From positions 1,088,001 through 1,152,000 of the forward strand of contig OY760935.1 of the NCBI GenBank assembly GCA_963664295.1: 64,000 bases of DNA, written 5' to 3'. Shown piece after piece: positions 1-10,027 of the stretch. The first letter of the stretch is position 1, and the number at the start of each line of letters is the position of its first letter. The notes beneath the pieces are model-generated. The model was not told the origin of the DNA and made no database searches. It saw only the letters and a list, made by a program, of their open reading frames with translations. A program made the position numbers and the translations under genes. Source of the stretch: Candidatus Altimarinota bacterium. GTDB taxonomy: Bacteria > Patescibacteriota > Gracilibacteria > CAIRYL01 > GCA-016699755.

Positions 1-1872
1 TTGTCGAGCACAAAGACATTTCTTGAGGCAAAGCACGCAATTCAAGACATATGGCTTAAAAATTTTTCAGACAACAAAGAAGAATTGCAAACAAAATTTT
101 TAAGATCTTCTTTAGCAATGTTGGAAGATTATACAAAAAATCGTAATGAGCCTTTATTAACAATCGAATTAGATTATTACAAAAATTTATGGAATAAGTT
201 TGAGGGAGACGATTATTTATCTGAGTTAGATAGTCACAGGGAAGCAGTTTATGCGATTATGAACTACTATGTTGACAGAATAGATTCAAATTTTGTTGCT
301 TTAGATAATTGGCTTGATGATTTGGCTATAATGAGCGAAGTTGGTCGCGATCAAGATGTATTGCGATTAGAAATCGCTCAAAAAAATCTTTCTTTAGTAG
401 AAATTTTTATCAATAGTCAGAGGTATTTTTTGGCACAAGAAATAATCGAAGACTCAAAACAAAGACTTGCTATAGAAAAAGTTCCAGAAATTTCCAATGT
501 TAGTCGTCAAATTGTTGCTAAAGAAGAATTGTTAAATGAAAAACTTGAATTTATAGGTAAAACAGGAGACATGGACGAAGAGCAATTTAGGCAATACTTA
601 CTAGAAAGACAAAAAGAAGAAGAATTATTAGCAGAATTAAGAGGTGATAGCGAGGATTACTTGGATCAAATGAGTGATGAGGAAAAGTTGGCAAACATTA
701 AAGAGTTTGTTCGGGAAAGTTTTTCAAAAGAAGGCCTAACTTTAATATCTTATAATCCTGAAGGAAGCTCTGATAATATTTTTGTTATTGATAGAGCTGT
801 TTTGCCAGACGGAAAAGGCTTTTCAGCTGTTTATAACAGGCAAACAAATGCTTTATCAGACATTATTTTTGATGATGGCACAGAATATACAGTAGGTGTT
901 AAATTAACACACATTATCTGGCTTTCAGATCAATTATTTGCCGAAGTTGAAGATGGCGGAGAACACGCAGTTGCAGATGAAGACAATGAAAATGACCCTA
1001 CTTATCAACCGATTAGTTCTAATTTGGCAGTTTTATTAAAGAAAAAGGCAAGTAATAAAATGGAAGAATTTTCTATTAAAGTATCAGCAAAAGATTTAGA
1101 AGTAATTTCAACTAATCAGGTTAGCATTAGCAATGCTGTTATGGAAGACGTAGCATACACAGTTTCTTTTGATTTTAATGTTGATAATTCTTATTGTACC
1201 AATATTAAGGTTGGTAATATTGAGATTGATGATGTTGAAATCAAAGATCTTAAAAAAGAGATTATTGGTATTGCAGAGGAAAAAGCAGAAATGGATAGCT
1301 TAATAAAAAGCGTTGAAAGTGCATTTAATTCGCTTGGAATTAGGTTTGAAATTGGTAAAAATGTTTTAATAGATAAACAAAATCTAACTGCTCGTTTTAG
1401 TAAATTAGTCTTTAAATATCAAGAAGAAGAATTTGTTGTCTCAGGTGTTTACGACATTGAAAAATTATCTTTTATTACTATTGCAGAAGAAAATAAAAAA
1501 TTTGAAACCATAAGAAATATAAATATTTTAAAATTTGCTAAATCCATTGAAGATGCTTATCAAACAAAACAAGAGGAAATAAAAGACGAACAAGAGGCAA
1601 GCAAAGAAGAGCAAAAACGCAAAGAAATGCTTAAAAGCTTCAAGGCGCTTTTGGATTTATATGGAACACAGTATGTAGAAGAAAATATTCAAATTTTTCC
1701 TCAAGAAAATAAAATTGTTTTCACAAGGGTTTATTTAGAAAATTATGAAATTTGGATTGCAGGTGAATATGACACAGAAAAAGAAATCCTACTTTATGTC
1801 ACTTCTGCCAACTTTGAGCCAAAAGAAAACATTACTTTTATAGAGCTTGATACTTTTTTGATGCAAAATTAA
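1..1872 (+). CDS. hypothetical acidic protein, 5' end probably outside window
   Basis: 623-codon ORF open from base 1; coiled-coil segments and a recurring F/Y-D-x-E...I motif; no family recognised. Confidence 0.7.
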   Translation: MSSTKTFLEAKHAIQDIWLKNFSDNKEELQTKFLRSSLAMLEDYTKNRNEPLLTIELDYYKNLWNKFEGDDYLSELDSHREAVYAIMNYYVDRIDSNFVALDNWLDDLAIMSEVGRDQDVLRLEIAQKNLSLVEIFINSQRYFLAQEIIEDSKQRLAIEKVPEISNVSRQIVAKEELLNEKLEFIGKTGDMDEEQFRQYLLERQKEEELLAELRGDSEDYLDQMSDEEKLANIKEFVRESFSKEGLTLISYNPEGSSDNIFVIDRAVLPDGKGFSAVYNRQTNALSDIIFDDGTEYTVGVKLTHIIWLSDQLFAEVEDGGEHAVADEDNENDPTYQPISSNLAVLLKKKASNKMEEFSIKVSAKDLEVISTNQVSISNAVMEDVAYTVSFDFNVDNSYCTNIKVGNIEIDDVEIKDLKKEIIGIAEEKAEMDSLIKSVESAFNSLGIRFEIGKNVLIDKQNLTARFSKLVFKYQEEEFVVSGVYDIEKLSFITIAEENKKFETIRNINILKFAKSIEDAYQTKQEEIKDEQEASKEEQKRKEMLKSFKALLDLYGTQYVEENIQIFPQENKIVFTRVYLENYEIWIAGEYDTEKEILLYVTSANFEPKENITFIELDTFLMQN

Positions 1873-1875
1873 GTC

Positions 1876-3162
1876 TTAAGTTTGAAAAAGCAAAAGATAA
1901 ACTGCTCCAATAGCAACAGAAATAAGCATGATTGGGAATGCATAAATAAAGTACTTTTTAAAAGTAAGTGGTACTTCATTTTGTTCTGCAATGCCCGCAA
2001 CAACAAGATTACAACTTGCCCCAACAAGAGTTCCACTACCGCCAATACAAGCACCTAAGGCTAGCGACCAAAACAAAGGATCAGTTTGCATGCCTGTTAA
2101 ATCACCAATTTTAAAAATAATTGGTATCATAGCAGTAGCAAAAGGAATATTATCTACAAAAGCAGAGAAAACAGCAGAACCAAAAACAATAGCCATCATC
2201 AAAAGCACCATATTGTTACCAAAAAGATCAACAAGCTTAAGCGCTAAAAAGTCAATTACGCCAGTCACTTCCAGTGCGCCAATGAGTGTAAACAAGCCAA
2301 CAAAAAAGAAAATAATTGACCATTCAACCATCTCAAATGCTTCCCTTGGTTCTTTTTTGGTAATTAACAAAAGCAACATAGCACCGCCAAGTGCAATCAT
2401 GCCATTGTCCATTGTTAATTGTTCATGAAAAATAAAACCAGTAATCACAATAGCCAAAATTCCTAACCCTTGATACATTAGTTTTTTATTTGTTATCCAA
2501 GATTTACCATGAAGATCAGCAAGGCTTTCTTTGGCAGCATTTTTTAAGTCTTTGCGAAAAACAAAAGTAGCTATCCCGGCAGACACAATAGCAATAATCA
2601 ATACAACAGGACCTAAGTTGCTAACAACTTTTGTAAAACTAAAGCCAGCCTTACTAGCAATAATAATATTAGTCATATCTCCAATTGGTGTTGCAGTACC
2701 TCCAATGTTGGATAATAAAATTTCTGTAATGAAAAATGGCAAAGGATTTAGCTTAAACCTATAACAAATTACAAGAAAAATAGGTGTTAAAATCATGACA
2801 GTTGTCACATTGCTTAATAATGCAGTCAAAAACGCAGTAAGTATCATTAACAAAAAGAACAATAATTTCATATTGCCCTTTGTTATTCTTACAAGCTTCA
2901 TGGCAACTTCTGTAAAAATTCCTGATTTTTCAGTAATTCTTACAATAATCATCATGCCAATAATCAAACTTAAGACATTGAAGTCAATAAAATGTAAAAT
3001 TTCGTTCAATTGTCCGTGTCCTTCTGCGCTTGGAAATATTTTGCACAAACCAAGTAAAAAACTTCCCAATAAAACAATAATTGTTTTGTGAATTTTTTCT
3101 TGCACTATAAAAAAATAAGATATAGCAAAGACGCCAACAGCAATAACTATAGGTAAATTCAT
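1876..3162 (-). CDS. ArsB/NhaD (ion transporter superfamily) permease
   Basis: about 11-12 TM helices; motifs SNIGGTATPIGD and SAFVDNIPF...GGSGTLVGASCN. Confidence 0.85.
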   Translation of the reverse strand: MNLPIVIAVGVFAISYFFIVQEKIHKTIIVLLGSFLLGLCKIFPSAEGHGQLNEILHFIDFNVLSLIIGMMIIVRITEKSGIFTEVAMKLVRITKGNMKLLFFLLMILTAFLTALLSNVTTVMILTPIFLVICYRFKLNPLPFFITEILLSNIGGTATPIGDMTNIIIASKAGFSFTKVVSNLGPVVLIIAIVSAGIATFVFRKDLKNAAKESLADLHGKSWITNKKLMYQGLGILAIVITGFIFHEQLTMDNGMIALGGAMLLLLITKKEPREAFEMVEWSIIFFFVGLFTLIGALEVTGVIDFLALKLVDLFGNNMVLLMMAIVFGSAVFSAFVDNIPFATAMIPIIFKIGDLTGMQTDPLFWSLALGACIGGSGTLVGASCNLVVAGIAEQNEVPLTFKKYFIYAFPIMLISVAIGAVYLLLFQT

Positions 3163-3167
3163 ATTAT

Positions 3168-3623
3168 TTAAGTTAAAATTTTAAGTTCTTTAGCAATCAA
3201 CTCTCTCAAAATACTTCTATTAACAACGCCAATAAGTTGATTATTTTCATTTACAACTGGTATGCGATAATGCTCTGTTTGTAGTGAATTTGCTGCAATT
3301 TCAATTAGTTTTGTGTCTAAATATACTTTTGGTGGCTCCTGAAGCATAAAATCTTTTGCCTTTAAGTCTCTTTTTTTATTCACACGCTCCAAAAAAAGCC
3401 CTACGCTTGTTGCTCGGGCTAATTCTGGTTTTTCTTTTAATGAATTTGGCACTATTGCTTTGAGGATTTCAAAAATAGTGACTAAGCCTAAAAGATGATT
3501 ATTATCATCAACTATAAAAATACCATTAGTTTTTTCTTCAGTAGAAAGCTTAACTAAATCATAAACACTTGCCTCAGGAGAAGCCTTAGCAAAATTTTTA
3601 AGGTAAATATCTTTAACGAGCAT
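3168..3623 (-). CDS. CBS-domain pair protein
   Basis: IVDDNNHLLGLVT and IPVVNENNQLIGVV CBS motifs. Confidence 0.85.
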   Translation of the reverse strand: MLVKDIYLKNFAKASPEASVYDLVKLSTEEKTNGIFIVDDNNHLLGLVTIFEILKAIVPNSLKEKPELARATSVGLFLERVNKKRDLKAKDFMLQEPPKVYLDTKLIEIAANSLQTEHYRIPVVNENNQLIGVVNRSILRELIAKELKILT

Positions 3624-3677
3624 ACTTTTTTGGGAAAAACGTACGCATTTTCCGCCTCTTATTTTGAATTGTCAATC

Positions 3678-4703
3678 TTAATTATCAGCTTTCCTTAATT
3701 CTTCGATTACTTTATCTAAATTGCCAGCTAAAAAATCTTTTAAGCCAAAAAAATTCTTTTTAATTCTGTGGTCTGTAAGTCTATCCTGGGGAAAATTCCA
3801 GGTGCGAATTTTTTCACTTCTATCACCTGAACGAATTTTGCTTCTTCTCTCTTCACCTTGTTCCTGTAATTCTTCTTCTTTTTTCTTTTCAATAATTCTA
3901 GATATAAGAATACTCATTGCTCGTTCTTTGTTTTTGTGTTGGGATTTTTCATCCTGACAAGAAACAGTAATACCAGTAGGGATATGAGTTAAACGCACAG
4001 CAGAGTCAGTTGTGTTCACGCTTTGTCCCCCAGGCCCAGAAGAGCGAAAAGTTTCCATTTTAATATCATTCGCAGGTATTTCTAGCTCATCTTCATCGTG
4101 CTCAGGATAAATAAAAACAGTAGCAGCAGAAGTATGCAGTCTGCCTTTTGATTCTGTTTTGGGTATTCTTTGTACTCTGTGCACCCCGCTTTCAAATTTT
4201 AATTGCCCATAAACATCATTGCCTCTCATTGCAAAAGAGATATCTTTTATTCCTCCATCTTCAGTTTCGTTTTTATCAAAAATTTCTGTAGAAAATCCTT
4301 TATTTTCAGCAAATTTAAAATACATGCGAGTTAGGTCGCCAGCAAAAAGAGCTGCCTCATCACCTCCTGTGCCAGCACGAATTTCTATTATTACATCTTT
4401 GCTGTCATCAGGATTTTTTGGGTTCAATAAATCATATATTTCGTTTTCTAATTTTTCATTTTCTTCCTCTAGTATGCCTATTTCCTCTTTTGCTAAATCA
4501 CCAAGCTCTTTATCTTTTAATAAGCTTTGATTTTCTTCAATTCTTTTTTGGTTTTCGAGATGTTTTGTGATTTTTTGATATGGTTCTTGTATCAATGAAA
4601 GGCGCTTGGAAAGTTTTTGCAGTTTCTGTGACTCCATGGGAGTTTGCAAATCTTTCTCAAGCGCCTCGTACTCTTCTATAACTCTTTTCCAGTTTTCTTG
4701 CAT
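3678..4703 (-). CDS. prfA: peptide chain release factor 1
   Basis: GGQ motif, PKT (PxT) specificity loop, ESGVHRVQR. Confidence 0.97.
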   Translation of the reverse strand: MQENWKRVIEEYEALEKDLQTPMESQKLQKLSKRLSLIQEPYQKITKHLENQKRIEENQSLLKDKELGDLAKEEIGILEEENEKLENEIYDLLNPKNPDDSKDVIIEIRAGTGGDEAALFAGDLTRMYFKFAENKGFSTEIFDKNETEDGGIKDISFAMRGNDVYGQLKFESGVHRVQRIPKTESKGRLHTSAATVFIYPEHDEDELEIPANDIKMETFRSSGPGGQSVNTTDSAVRLTHIPTGITVSCQDEKSQHKNKERAMSILISRIIEKKKEEELQEQGEERRSKIRSGDRSEKIRTWNFPQDRLTDHRIKKNFFGLKDFLAGNLDKVIEELRKADN

Positions 4704-4706
4704 ATT

Positions 4707-5588
4707 TTATTTAGTTTTTAGGAATGCTTTTTTGCCACCGCATTTTTGCCAAAGAATAGCAAATGAACCGCCTGATAATAATACACCAATAAGACCAATT
4801 CTAATATCATTTTTAGAAAAATTAGTGCCATGGATTAAGTCTGACAATAATTCATGTGTAATCAAGCCAATAATTATTACGCCTACAGCAATTACAGTTG
4901 CCATTAAAATTGTGTGCAAAATATTGTAAGTTGGAGATTTTATTTGAGGCATAAATCTTTTTTTCTTCATAAAAGAAGGACAAAGAACAATAAAAAGTAA
5001 TAAATATGGAATTAATAATGAAAAGAAATTAACAACAAAATCTTTAAAGTCACCCATTTTATTATCAGCTAAAGGAATAAGGGATAACAAAAAGTCACCA
5101 GTTATGTAGCCTAAAACAATGCCAATACCAAGAAAAAGGCCAGCAAGTTTTATGTGGAACAATTGAGAAACAAAAAGGGTAGGAGATTTTTTTTCATCTT
5201 TTTCAGTATCAAAAATAGTTCCTTTGAAATATTTTTTCATCACCCAAACTAATTTAGCGCCAATAAGAATAAGAACAATTTGTAGTCTTAATGCTGGCAT
5301 ACTCCAAGTAAAGTCAGCAGTTTTGTCATTAGAAAAATCAGCCATCATATACATGGGTGCTTTATATAAACCAAAGCTACTTAAAAGCTGGTCTAAAAAC
5401 CCAGCAATGCCAAAAATAAGCATAATTAAGGCAATAATCCAAATAAACATTGAAAAAATTGAGGAAAGTATTCTATTTGGAGCGGGTGCTAATAAATACA
5501 AGGCTAAAACAGGTAAGTAGGCCAGAGACACAAGCGCAAGAAGCATCATGCCACCTGAGAACACTAAGTCATACATAAAGTAGCTCAT
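4707..5588 (-). CDS. hypothetical multi-pass membrane protein
   Basis: hydrophobic ORF; ATG at 5588 chosen to avoid overlap with the secA end. Confidence 0.65.
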   Translation of the reverse strand: MSYFMYDLVFSGGMMLLALVSLAYLPVLALYLLAPAPNRILSSIFSMFIWIIALIMLIFGIAGFLDQLLSSFGLYKAPMYMMADFSNDKTADFTWSMPALRLQIVLILIGAKLVWVMKKYFKGTIFDTEKDEKKSPTLFVSQLFHIKLAGLFLGIGIVLGYITGDFLLSLIPLADNKMGDFKDFVVNFFSLLIPYLLLFIVLCPSFMKKKRFMPQIKSPTYNILHTILMATVIAVGVIIIGLITHELLSDLIHGTNFSKNDIRIGLIGVLLSGGSFAILWQKCGGKKAFLKTK

Positions 5589-5653
5589 AGGTTTTGAAAA
5601 AAAGTGAAAATTCAAAATAAAATTAGCACATTGGCAAAAACTTAACAAATTAT

Positions 5654-8257
5654 CTAAAAATTTTTGCCACAGCATTTTTTAAACTTTTTACCACTTCCAC
5701 AAGGACAAGGGTCGTTTCTGCCCACTCCTTCAGCTTCTGTCTTTTTAATTGTGCCAGCTACTTTGGTTTTTTTAGGTGCAAAATTTCTTCTACCAGATTG
5801 TTCAATTTCGTCTGTATTTGTGCTCAATTTTTGAGCTACTTCTTTGATTGGAGCAATCCTTTCGATTGTAATTTTTACTCTATAAAGTGCATTTATTGTT
5901 TGATTTTCTATATCGCTCAATAGTTGTTTAAATTTTTGATAACCCTCGCTTTTATATTCTGTTAATGGATCTCTTTGTGCATATCCCCTGAGTGAAACTA
6001 TTTCTCTTAAGTGTGACATTGTGTTGATGTGTTCTGGCCAGAGAGTGTCAATTGCGCGTAAATACATATGGCGCTCTACATCTGCAAATCTTTCAGGGTC
6101 TGGCAACTCTGCTTTTTTTTCTTCCAATGCCTCTATTAGGTAATTTTTAACAAATTCTTCAATTTTTTGTGGTTTATCTAGTTTTTCTAATTCTTCGGGG
6201 CTAAGTTTTTCCGGATTATTATGAATAGCACTAATTGTTTCATATATTTCTTTTTTATTCCATTCGTGTGGCTTGCCTGTTGTGTTGAAAATCACTGTAT
6301 CGTGAGCAATATTGTTGACCATTTCCAATATTTCTTCATGTAAGTTTTCATTTTTAAGAATTTTTAATCTTCGTTTGCCAATAATTTCACGATGTCTATT
6401 GGTGACATCATCAAAATCAACTAAGTGTTTTCTGATGTCAAAATTTCTACCTTCTACTTTTTTTTGTGCACTTTCAATAGCGCCAGAGACCATTTTGCTT
6501 TCAATAGGCATATCATCAGGCACCTTAAGGGTGTTCATAATTCCCTGAAGTCTGTCTGAGCCGAAAAGACGCATTAAAGGATCAGTAAGTGCAACATAAA
6601 ATTGAGTTTCACCAGGATCGCCCTGACGACCAGCACGACCTCTAAGCTGATTATCTATTCTTCGTGATTCATGTCGCTCTGAGCCAAGAATACAAAGTCC
6701 GCCAAGATTTTTGACTTCATCTGTTAGCTTGATATCCGTACCGCGACCTGCCATATTAGTAGCAATTGTCACGGCGCCTTTTTGTCCTGCTTGAGACACT
6801 ATTTCCGCTTCCTTTTGGTGATGTTTTGCATTCAAAACAGCATGAGGAACGCCCTCTCTTTTTAATATATCTGATAATGTTTCAGATTTTTCTATTGAAA
6901 TTGTGCCAATTAGTATAGGTTGCCCTTTTTCATGTTTTTCTTTGACTATTTTTGCAATTGCTTGAAATTTTCCTCTTTCGTTCTTAAAAACCAGATCTTT
7001 TTTGTCTTCTCTGGCAATTGGTTTGTGAGTTGGAATTGGTAAAACTTCAAGATTATATATTTTTGCAAATTCTTCTGCTTCTGTGAGTGCAGTACCTGTC
7101 ATGCCAGCAAGTTTTGTGTATATACGGAAATAATTTTGAAAAGTAATTGTTGCCATTGTTTTGCTTTCTCTTTTTATTTCCACTCCTTCTTTTGCTTCAA
7201 TGGCTTGATGAAGACCTTCTGAATATCTTCTGCCTGGCATTAGCCTGCCTGTAAATTCATCAACAATCACAACTTCGCCTTCTTCACTAACCACATAATC
7301 TTTATCTTTTTCATAACAAGTTTTTGCTTTTAATGCTTGTTCAATATGACGCACTTCAATAAGCCCTGCATCAACGTAAATATTTTCTACTCCCAGTATT
7401 TCTTCCATTTTTTTAATACCTTCCTCAGAGAGCACAGCAGTTTTTTGTTTTTCATCAATATTATAATGCACATTTTCTTCCAATTGGTTAATAAGCTGAG
7501 CATAACGCATGTATTTTGATGTCACTTCTTCTGCAGGAGCAGAAATAATTAGCGGAGTTCTAGCTTCATCAATCAAAATTGAGTCTACTTCATCAACAAT
7601 CGCATAATGCAAATCTCTTTGAACCATTTGTTCAAGGCTGTGAACCATGCTGTCACGCAGAAAATCAAAACCAAATTCATTATTGGTTCCATAAGTAATA
7701 TCAGAGTTATAAGCTTCTTTTCTGTCTTCACTACTAAGATCATGAATAATTACACCCACGCTAAGGCCTAAAAATTCATACAAAGGTTTCATCCATTCAG
7801 CATCTCTTTTTGCTAAATAATCATTCACAGTCACCACATGGACACCTTTTTCTTCTAGTGCATTTAGATAAACCGGCATAGTTGCCACCAAGGTTTTACC
7901 TTCACCAGTTTTCATTTCAGAGATTTTACCTTGATGAAGAGTAATGCCACCAATTATTTGCACATCATAAGGTACCATTTCCCATGTTTGTTCTTTTCCA
8001 AGAATATTAAATTTTTTGCCAAGCAACCTACGACAGGCATTTTTAACTACAGCAAAAGCCTCTGGCAAGATTTCATCACTTGTTTTGCCATTTTTAAGTT
8101 TTTCTTTTAATTCATTAGTTTTATTTTTTAGCTCTTCATCACTTAAATTTTGTAATTTTTTTTCTATTTCATTAATTTCCTCAACTTGTTTGCGGATTAT
8201 ATTTAACTCTTTTTCAACAGGGTCGCCAAATACTTTGTTAATTATCTTTGAAAACAC
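5654..8257 (-). CDS. secA: preprotein translocase ATPase SecA
   Basis: MKTGEGKT, DEVDSILIDEARTPLIIS, C-terminal GRNDPCPCGSGKKFKKCC; GTG start. Confidence 0.98.
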   Translation of the reverse strand: MFSKIINKVFGDPVEKELNIIRKQVEEINEIEKKLQNLSDEELKNKTNELKEKLKNGKTSDEILPEAFAVVKNACRRLLGKKFNILGKEQTWEMVPYDVQIIGGITLHQGKISEMKTGEGKTLVATMPVYLNALEEKGVHVVTVNDYLAKRDAEWMKPLYEFLGLSVGVIIHDLSSEDRKEAYNSDITYGTNNEFGFDFLRDSMVHSLEQMVQRDLHYAIVDEVDSILIDEARTPLIISAPAEEVTSKYMRYAQLINQLEENVHYNIDEKQKTAVLSEEGIKKMEEILGVENIYVDAGLIEVRHIEQALKAKTCYEKDKDYVVSEEGEVVIVDEFTGRLMPGRRYSEGLHQAIEAKEGVEIKRESKTMATITFQNYFRIYTKLAGMTGTALTEAEEFAKIYNLEVLPIPTHKPIAREDKKDLVFKNERGKFQAIAKIVKEKHEKGQPILIGTISIEKSETLSDILKREGVPHAVLNAKHHQKEAEIVSQAGQKGAVTIATNMAGRGTDIKLTDEVKNLGGLCILGSERHESRRIDNQLRGRAGRQGDPGETQFYVALTDPLMRLFGSDRLQGIMNTLKVPDDMPIESKMVSGAIESAQKKVEGRNFDIRKHLVDFDDVTNRHREIIGKRRLKILKNENLHEEILEMVNNIAHDTVIFNTTGKPHEWNKKEIYETISAIHNNPEKLSPEELEKLDKPQKIEEFVKNYLIEALEEKKAELPDPERFADVERHMYLRAIDTLWPEHINTMSHLREIVSLRGYAQRDPLTEYKSEGYQKFKQLLSDIENQTINALYRVKITIERIAPIKEVAQKLSTNTDEIEQSGRRNFAPKKTKVAGTIKKTEAEGVGRNDPCPCGSGKKFKKCCGKNF

Positions 8258-8372
8258 GGTTTTTAATAAAAATCAAAAGCCATTCTGCCATTAAATTATA
8301 AAAAATTAAATCTTTTTATATTTACCAAAATCCAACTTTTGAGCTAAAATCATTAAGAATTATTAAAAAAAA

Positions 8373-9227
8373 GTGAGTTTTGACGCAATTTCCATTGGCC
8401 CATTCTTAATCTCAACTGGCGGAGTGGTGCTTTTGGTTGGTATTTTACTTGCTACCAAGCTCCTTCTTGAGACTGCTCGTAAAAAAGAATTATCAATCAA
8501 TTTTTTAAGTAAAAATTTATTTTGGTTTTTGTTAATAGCTTTAATCTCCGGAAGAGTGGGTATGATGATCACAAGCTCCTCTAGCCTTTCTTTGGCCATG
8601 GAAAATGCTGATTTTTTTGAAAAAATATTAATTTTCATCAAGCATTTTTTGTATTTTTGGCAGGGCGGGTTCGATTATACTTGGTTGATTATTGGATTTA
8701 TGGTTGCCCTTATTCTTTTTGCATATATAAAAAAACAAGCTCTTAGAAAATGGCTTGATGCATTTGTTTTGCCAGCATTACTTGTTGCAATTTTTATTCA
8801 TCTTGGTGGGTTTTTGAGTGGTTGGGGCTATGGCAAGCCTGTTGGCGAAAATTTTCCTGATTGGCTAGCAATAAAATACAATCTTCCTTCTGTTCGCTTT
8901 GCTGGAGAGATTTATCCTGTGCAGATTTATGGCGCTATTTTGTTTGGTTTATTGTTTTATTTTGGTAATAGATTATGGCAAAAATCTTTTTATAGGCGTA
9001 GGCACTGGAAAGGTGGTACTTATTTTGCAATTATGACTATTTTTGCGTCCTTGGCTAATGTTTTTTTGGAATTTTTTAGAGGAAACCCAGCAACACAAAT
9101 AGGTGTTTTTCGTTTTCCGCAGTTGCTTAGCTTATTGCTTGCTGTTGGCGCTTTAATTTTTTTGGTAATCAACACCCATGAAAGAAAAATAAAAGCCAAA
9201 GCAGACAAAAAAGAAGATATTAAATAA
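8373..9227 (+). CDS. divergent Lgt-family membrane protein
   Basis: Lgt-like topology, WQGG, YPVQIY, EFFRG; lacks the HGG and RxGNFxNGE signatures. Confidence 0.7.
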   Translation: MSFDAISIGPFLISTGGVVLLVGILLATKLLLETARKKELSINFLSKNLFWFLLIALISGRVGMMITSSSSLSLAMENADFFEKILIFIKHFLYFWQGGFDYTWLIIGFMVALILFAYIKKQALRKWLDAFVLPALLVAIFIHLGGFLSGWGYGKPVGENFPDWLAIKYNLPSVRFAGEIYPVQIYGAILFGLLFYFGNRLWQKSFYRRRHWKGGTYFAIMTIFASLANVFLEFFRGNPATQIGVFRFPQLLSLLLAVGALIFLVINTHERKIKAKADKKEDIK

Positions 9228-9231
9228 AATA

Positions 9232-9651
9232 ATGTTTTTTGAAAATTTAGATTTTAATACTTGGCTTAAAATAGGCCTATTCACAGGAGGTTTTTTACAT
9301 TTTTTTGTAGTTGTTTGGGTTGCAAAAGATATTTTTCATCGCTCGAAAAGTATTATTTTTCAAATTATTAGTTTAATTATAGTTTTTTTTCTCCCTCTTT
9401 ATGGGCTTTTGCTTTATATTCTCATTCGCCCTTATGACACAATTAGTGAAAAAACAATAAAAAACCTTTATTTATATATGAAATTATTTGAGTGCTCTGA
9501 ATGTGGCGCTTTTAATAAAGATGAATTTAAATATTGTCACTCTTGTGGAGCAGATCTAAAAAAACAAAAAAAGTGTTCTGCTTGCAAAAAAAATTATAAC
9601 TATTATTTTAATTACTGTCCTTTTTGTAAACAAAAAAATGGAAATGATTAA
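9232..9651 (+). CDS. membrane-anchored double zinc-ribbon protein
   Basis: two TM helices then four CxxC pairs. Confidence 0.75.
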   Translation: MFFENLDFNTWLKIGLFTGGFLHFFVVVWVAKDIFHRSKSIIFQIISLIIVFFLPLYGLLLYILIRPYDTISEKTIKNLYLYMKLFECSECGAFNKDEFKYCHSCGADLKKQKKCSACKKNYNYYFNYCPFCKQKNGND

Positions 9652-10027
9652 ATTTCACTTATTTAGACTTTTTCAAAAAGTCCCTGGTAGCAGTTTGTCC
9701 AATGAAATCATTATTGGCTTAGTTGCCTTTGGAATTATTTTATTACTTGCTTCTTTTTTGCTTAAAATTTGGCGCAAAAATACTAAAAATAAAACTTGTA
9801 AAAAATATATTAGGGAATATCCAAGAGGACTTTTTTGGTTTGGACTGATTTCTTTGGTTTTAGTTTGGTTTAGGCTAGAAAGCGTGCCAGTTTTTTCTAT
9901 GAGACTTTGGTGGCTTGTTTATTGGATTTCTTTTGCTATTTGGGCTTATTCAAAAATTAAAAAAACAATAAAGCTCAAAAAAAGACTTACTAGATCTATG
10001 TCAAACAATGAATCAGGTAAAGTTTAA
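9638..10027 (+). CDS. hypothetical 3-TM membrane protein
   Basis: ORF overlapping both neighbours in an operon. Confidence 0.65.
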   Translation: MEMIKFHLFRLFQKVPGSSLSNEIIIGLVAFGIILLLASFLLKIWRKNTKNKTCKKYIREYPRGLFWFGLISLVLVWFRLESVPVFSMRLWWLVYWISFAIWAYSKIKKTIKLKKRLTRSMSNNESGKV

